The notes below the pieces were generated by a model. The model saw only the letters and a program-made list of their open reading frames with translations, was not told the DNA's origin and did not search any database. DNA of 28,329 bases, from the IMG/VR virus record IMGVR_UViG_2778261175_000004, one strand, 5' to 3'. The position numbers and the translations under genes were made by a program. This DNA is from a virus. Lineage: Duplodnaviria; Heunggongvirae; Uroviricota; Caudoviricetes. Of this stretch, positions 27,164 to 28,329 are shown piece by piece; the stretch's first letter is position 1, and every line of letters begins with the position of its first letter.

Positions 27164-28329
27164 ATTTTCTTAGCCCATAATTCTGCTGCGTCCTGCTGCT
27201 CGGGGATGTAGTCATACTGGTCATAAACAGCCAGCATCCCCGTGAGCTTATGCCCGAGAATTTTCTCCGAAACATGAGGTGCTACTCCAAGTTCAGCCAT
27301 TTTTGTTTTGCACGTTCTGCGCAGATCGTGCAATGACCAGTGCTCGCCCCCCATAACATCTTCTACCTGTTCTGCAATAGAAATTAGGGTGCTGGCAGAC
27401 ATTGGGCGATTTTCCTGTAACTTAGCCGGAGGAAATACGATTGACAGATCAGGGTATAGATCAAATACCTGCTGCAAATAATCTGCTGCGAGTTTTGAAA
27501 TACCGCGAACAAATCGCTTACGCGTTTTTGAGTTCTCTTTCGGTATAGTCCATTCTCTAGACTTCAGATCAAAATCAGTCTTCTTAGCCAACCGCAATTC
27601 AACACCACGACAACCAGTTAACGCAACAATTCGAATAAACATTTTGTTTTGCCACGACATTTTCGTTTTGTCGATGGCATTCCAGAATGCGCCTATCTCA
27701 ACATCGTTAAGAAAACGTTCGCCATTATTAGGTCTACTGCCGATATCATTAATCTCAAGAAGCATCAGTGCATTTGATGTTATGCGTTTTCTGCGTAACG
27801 CATAGCGGATCACTTGCTTCATCTTCACCAGTACATTTCCCGCCTGTACGGGTGACCCACCTTTTGTTATGCGAATGAATATTTGCTCCCACTCTACAGG
27901 ACTCATTTCATCTGCAATCAGCTTACCGTAATTGTCGGTGATGTGAAGTTTCAGCATCCGCTTCCAGTATTCGTACTTCACCATCTCTTTTACTGAAGGA
28001 GTATCAAACCACTCGTCAACTAGGGTACTGATGCTTGGGGAACTTGATGCAATATCTTTGGCTTTCTTCCTTTGCATGGCTGGGTCTTTACCCTTCTCCA
28101 ACCACCCTTTACACTCTTCCAATGCATCGCGAGCTTCCTTAAGCGACATCTTCCCGTACGTTCCGAGCTTTAACCTGGCGGGTTTTCCATTGAAACGATA
28201 GCGGTATTGAAAGGTGATAAGTCCCTTCGGGCTGATCCTGACAGAAAGTCCGCCTCCGTCAGCTATCTCCTCAGGTCCCTCATATGCTTTTCCGGATATA
28301 CGTCGCAGCTTTGTATCGTTGAGTGCCAT
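27121..28329 (-). CDS. int: Tyrosine integrase (P4-like family with N-terminal arm-binding DUF4102-type domain)
   Basis: 402 aa. MALNDTKLRRISGKAYEGPEEIADGGGLSVRISPKGLITFQYRYRFNGKPARLKLGTY is the classic P4-type integrase N-terminus. C-terminal catalytic region carries ...HDLRRT... and ...LGH...Y. The start codon is the last three bases of the window. Confidence 0.9.
   Translation of the reverse strand: MALNDTKLRRISGKAYEGPEEIADGGGLSVRISPKGLITFQYRYRFNGKPARLKLGTYGKMSLKEARDALEECKGWLEKGKDPAMQRKKAKDIASSSPSISTLVDEWFDTPSVKEMVKYEYWKRMLKLHITDNYGKLIADEMSPVEWEQIFIRITKGGSPVQAGNVLVKMKQVIRYALRRKRITSNALMLLEINDIGSRPNNGERFLNDVEIGAFWNAIDKTKMSWQNKMFIRIVALTGCRGVELRLAKKTDFDLKSREWTIPKENSKTRKRFVRGISKLAADYLQQVFDLYPDLSIVFPPAKLQENRPMSASTLISIAEQVEDVMGGEHWSLHDLRRTCKTKMAELGVAPHVSEKILGHKLTGMLAVYDQYDYIPEQQDAAELWAKKIQECSEINPLSLQN

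Overview
The window is almost entirely one mosaic lambdoid prophage, read here in reverse for the late genes. All homology statements below are from recalled protein sequences compared by eye with the supplied ORF translations; no database search was run. From left to right: the right end of an IS3-family insertion sequence (1-467) that interrupts head-tail joining gene FII after 12 codons; a lambda-type head and packaging module on the minus strand (FI, E, D, C with nested Nu3, B, W, A, Nu1); a lambda-type cos site (about 8098-8109); bor; a pinholin / SAR-endolysin / Rz-Rz1 lysis cassette; a three-gene cargo module between the holin and Q (AraC-family regulator, a TudS/RudS-like desulfidase, a Blc-type lipocalin); a QuuD-like Q antiterminator; a DLP12-like nin region (ylcG, frameshifted rusA, ybcO, ninE, ybcN, ylcH); a second cargo island (ybcM, ybcL, ybcK serine recombinase, emrE); ren, P, and an O gene with ori iterons; a YdaT-like/Cro-like/cI immunity region with operator repeats; an early leftward operon without N or rexAB (small ORF, gam, bet, exo, orf60a/63/61, TraR-like protein, excisionase-like protein); and a convergent tyrosine integrase whose start codon is the last base of the window. 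The most unusual content is the cargo module in the Q-to-holin slot (the slot where Stx phages carry stx), especially the RudS-like gene. No CRISPR array, rRNA or tRNA was recognised.
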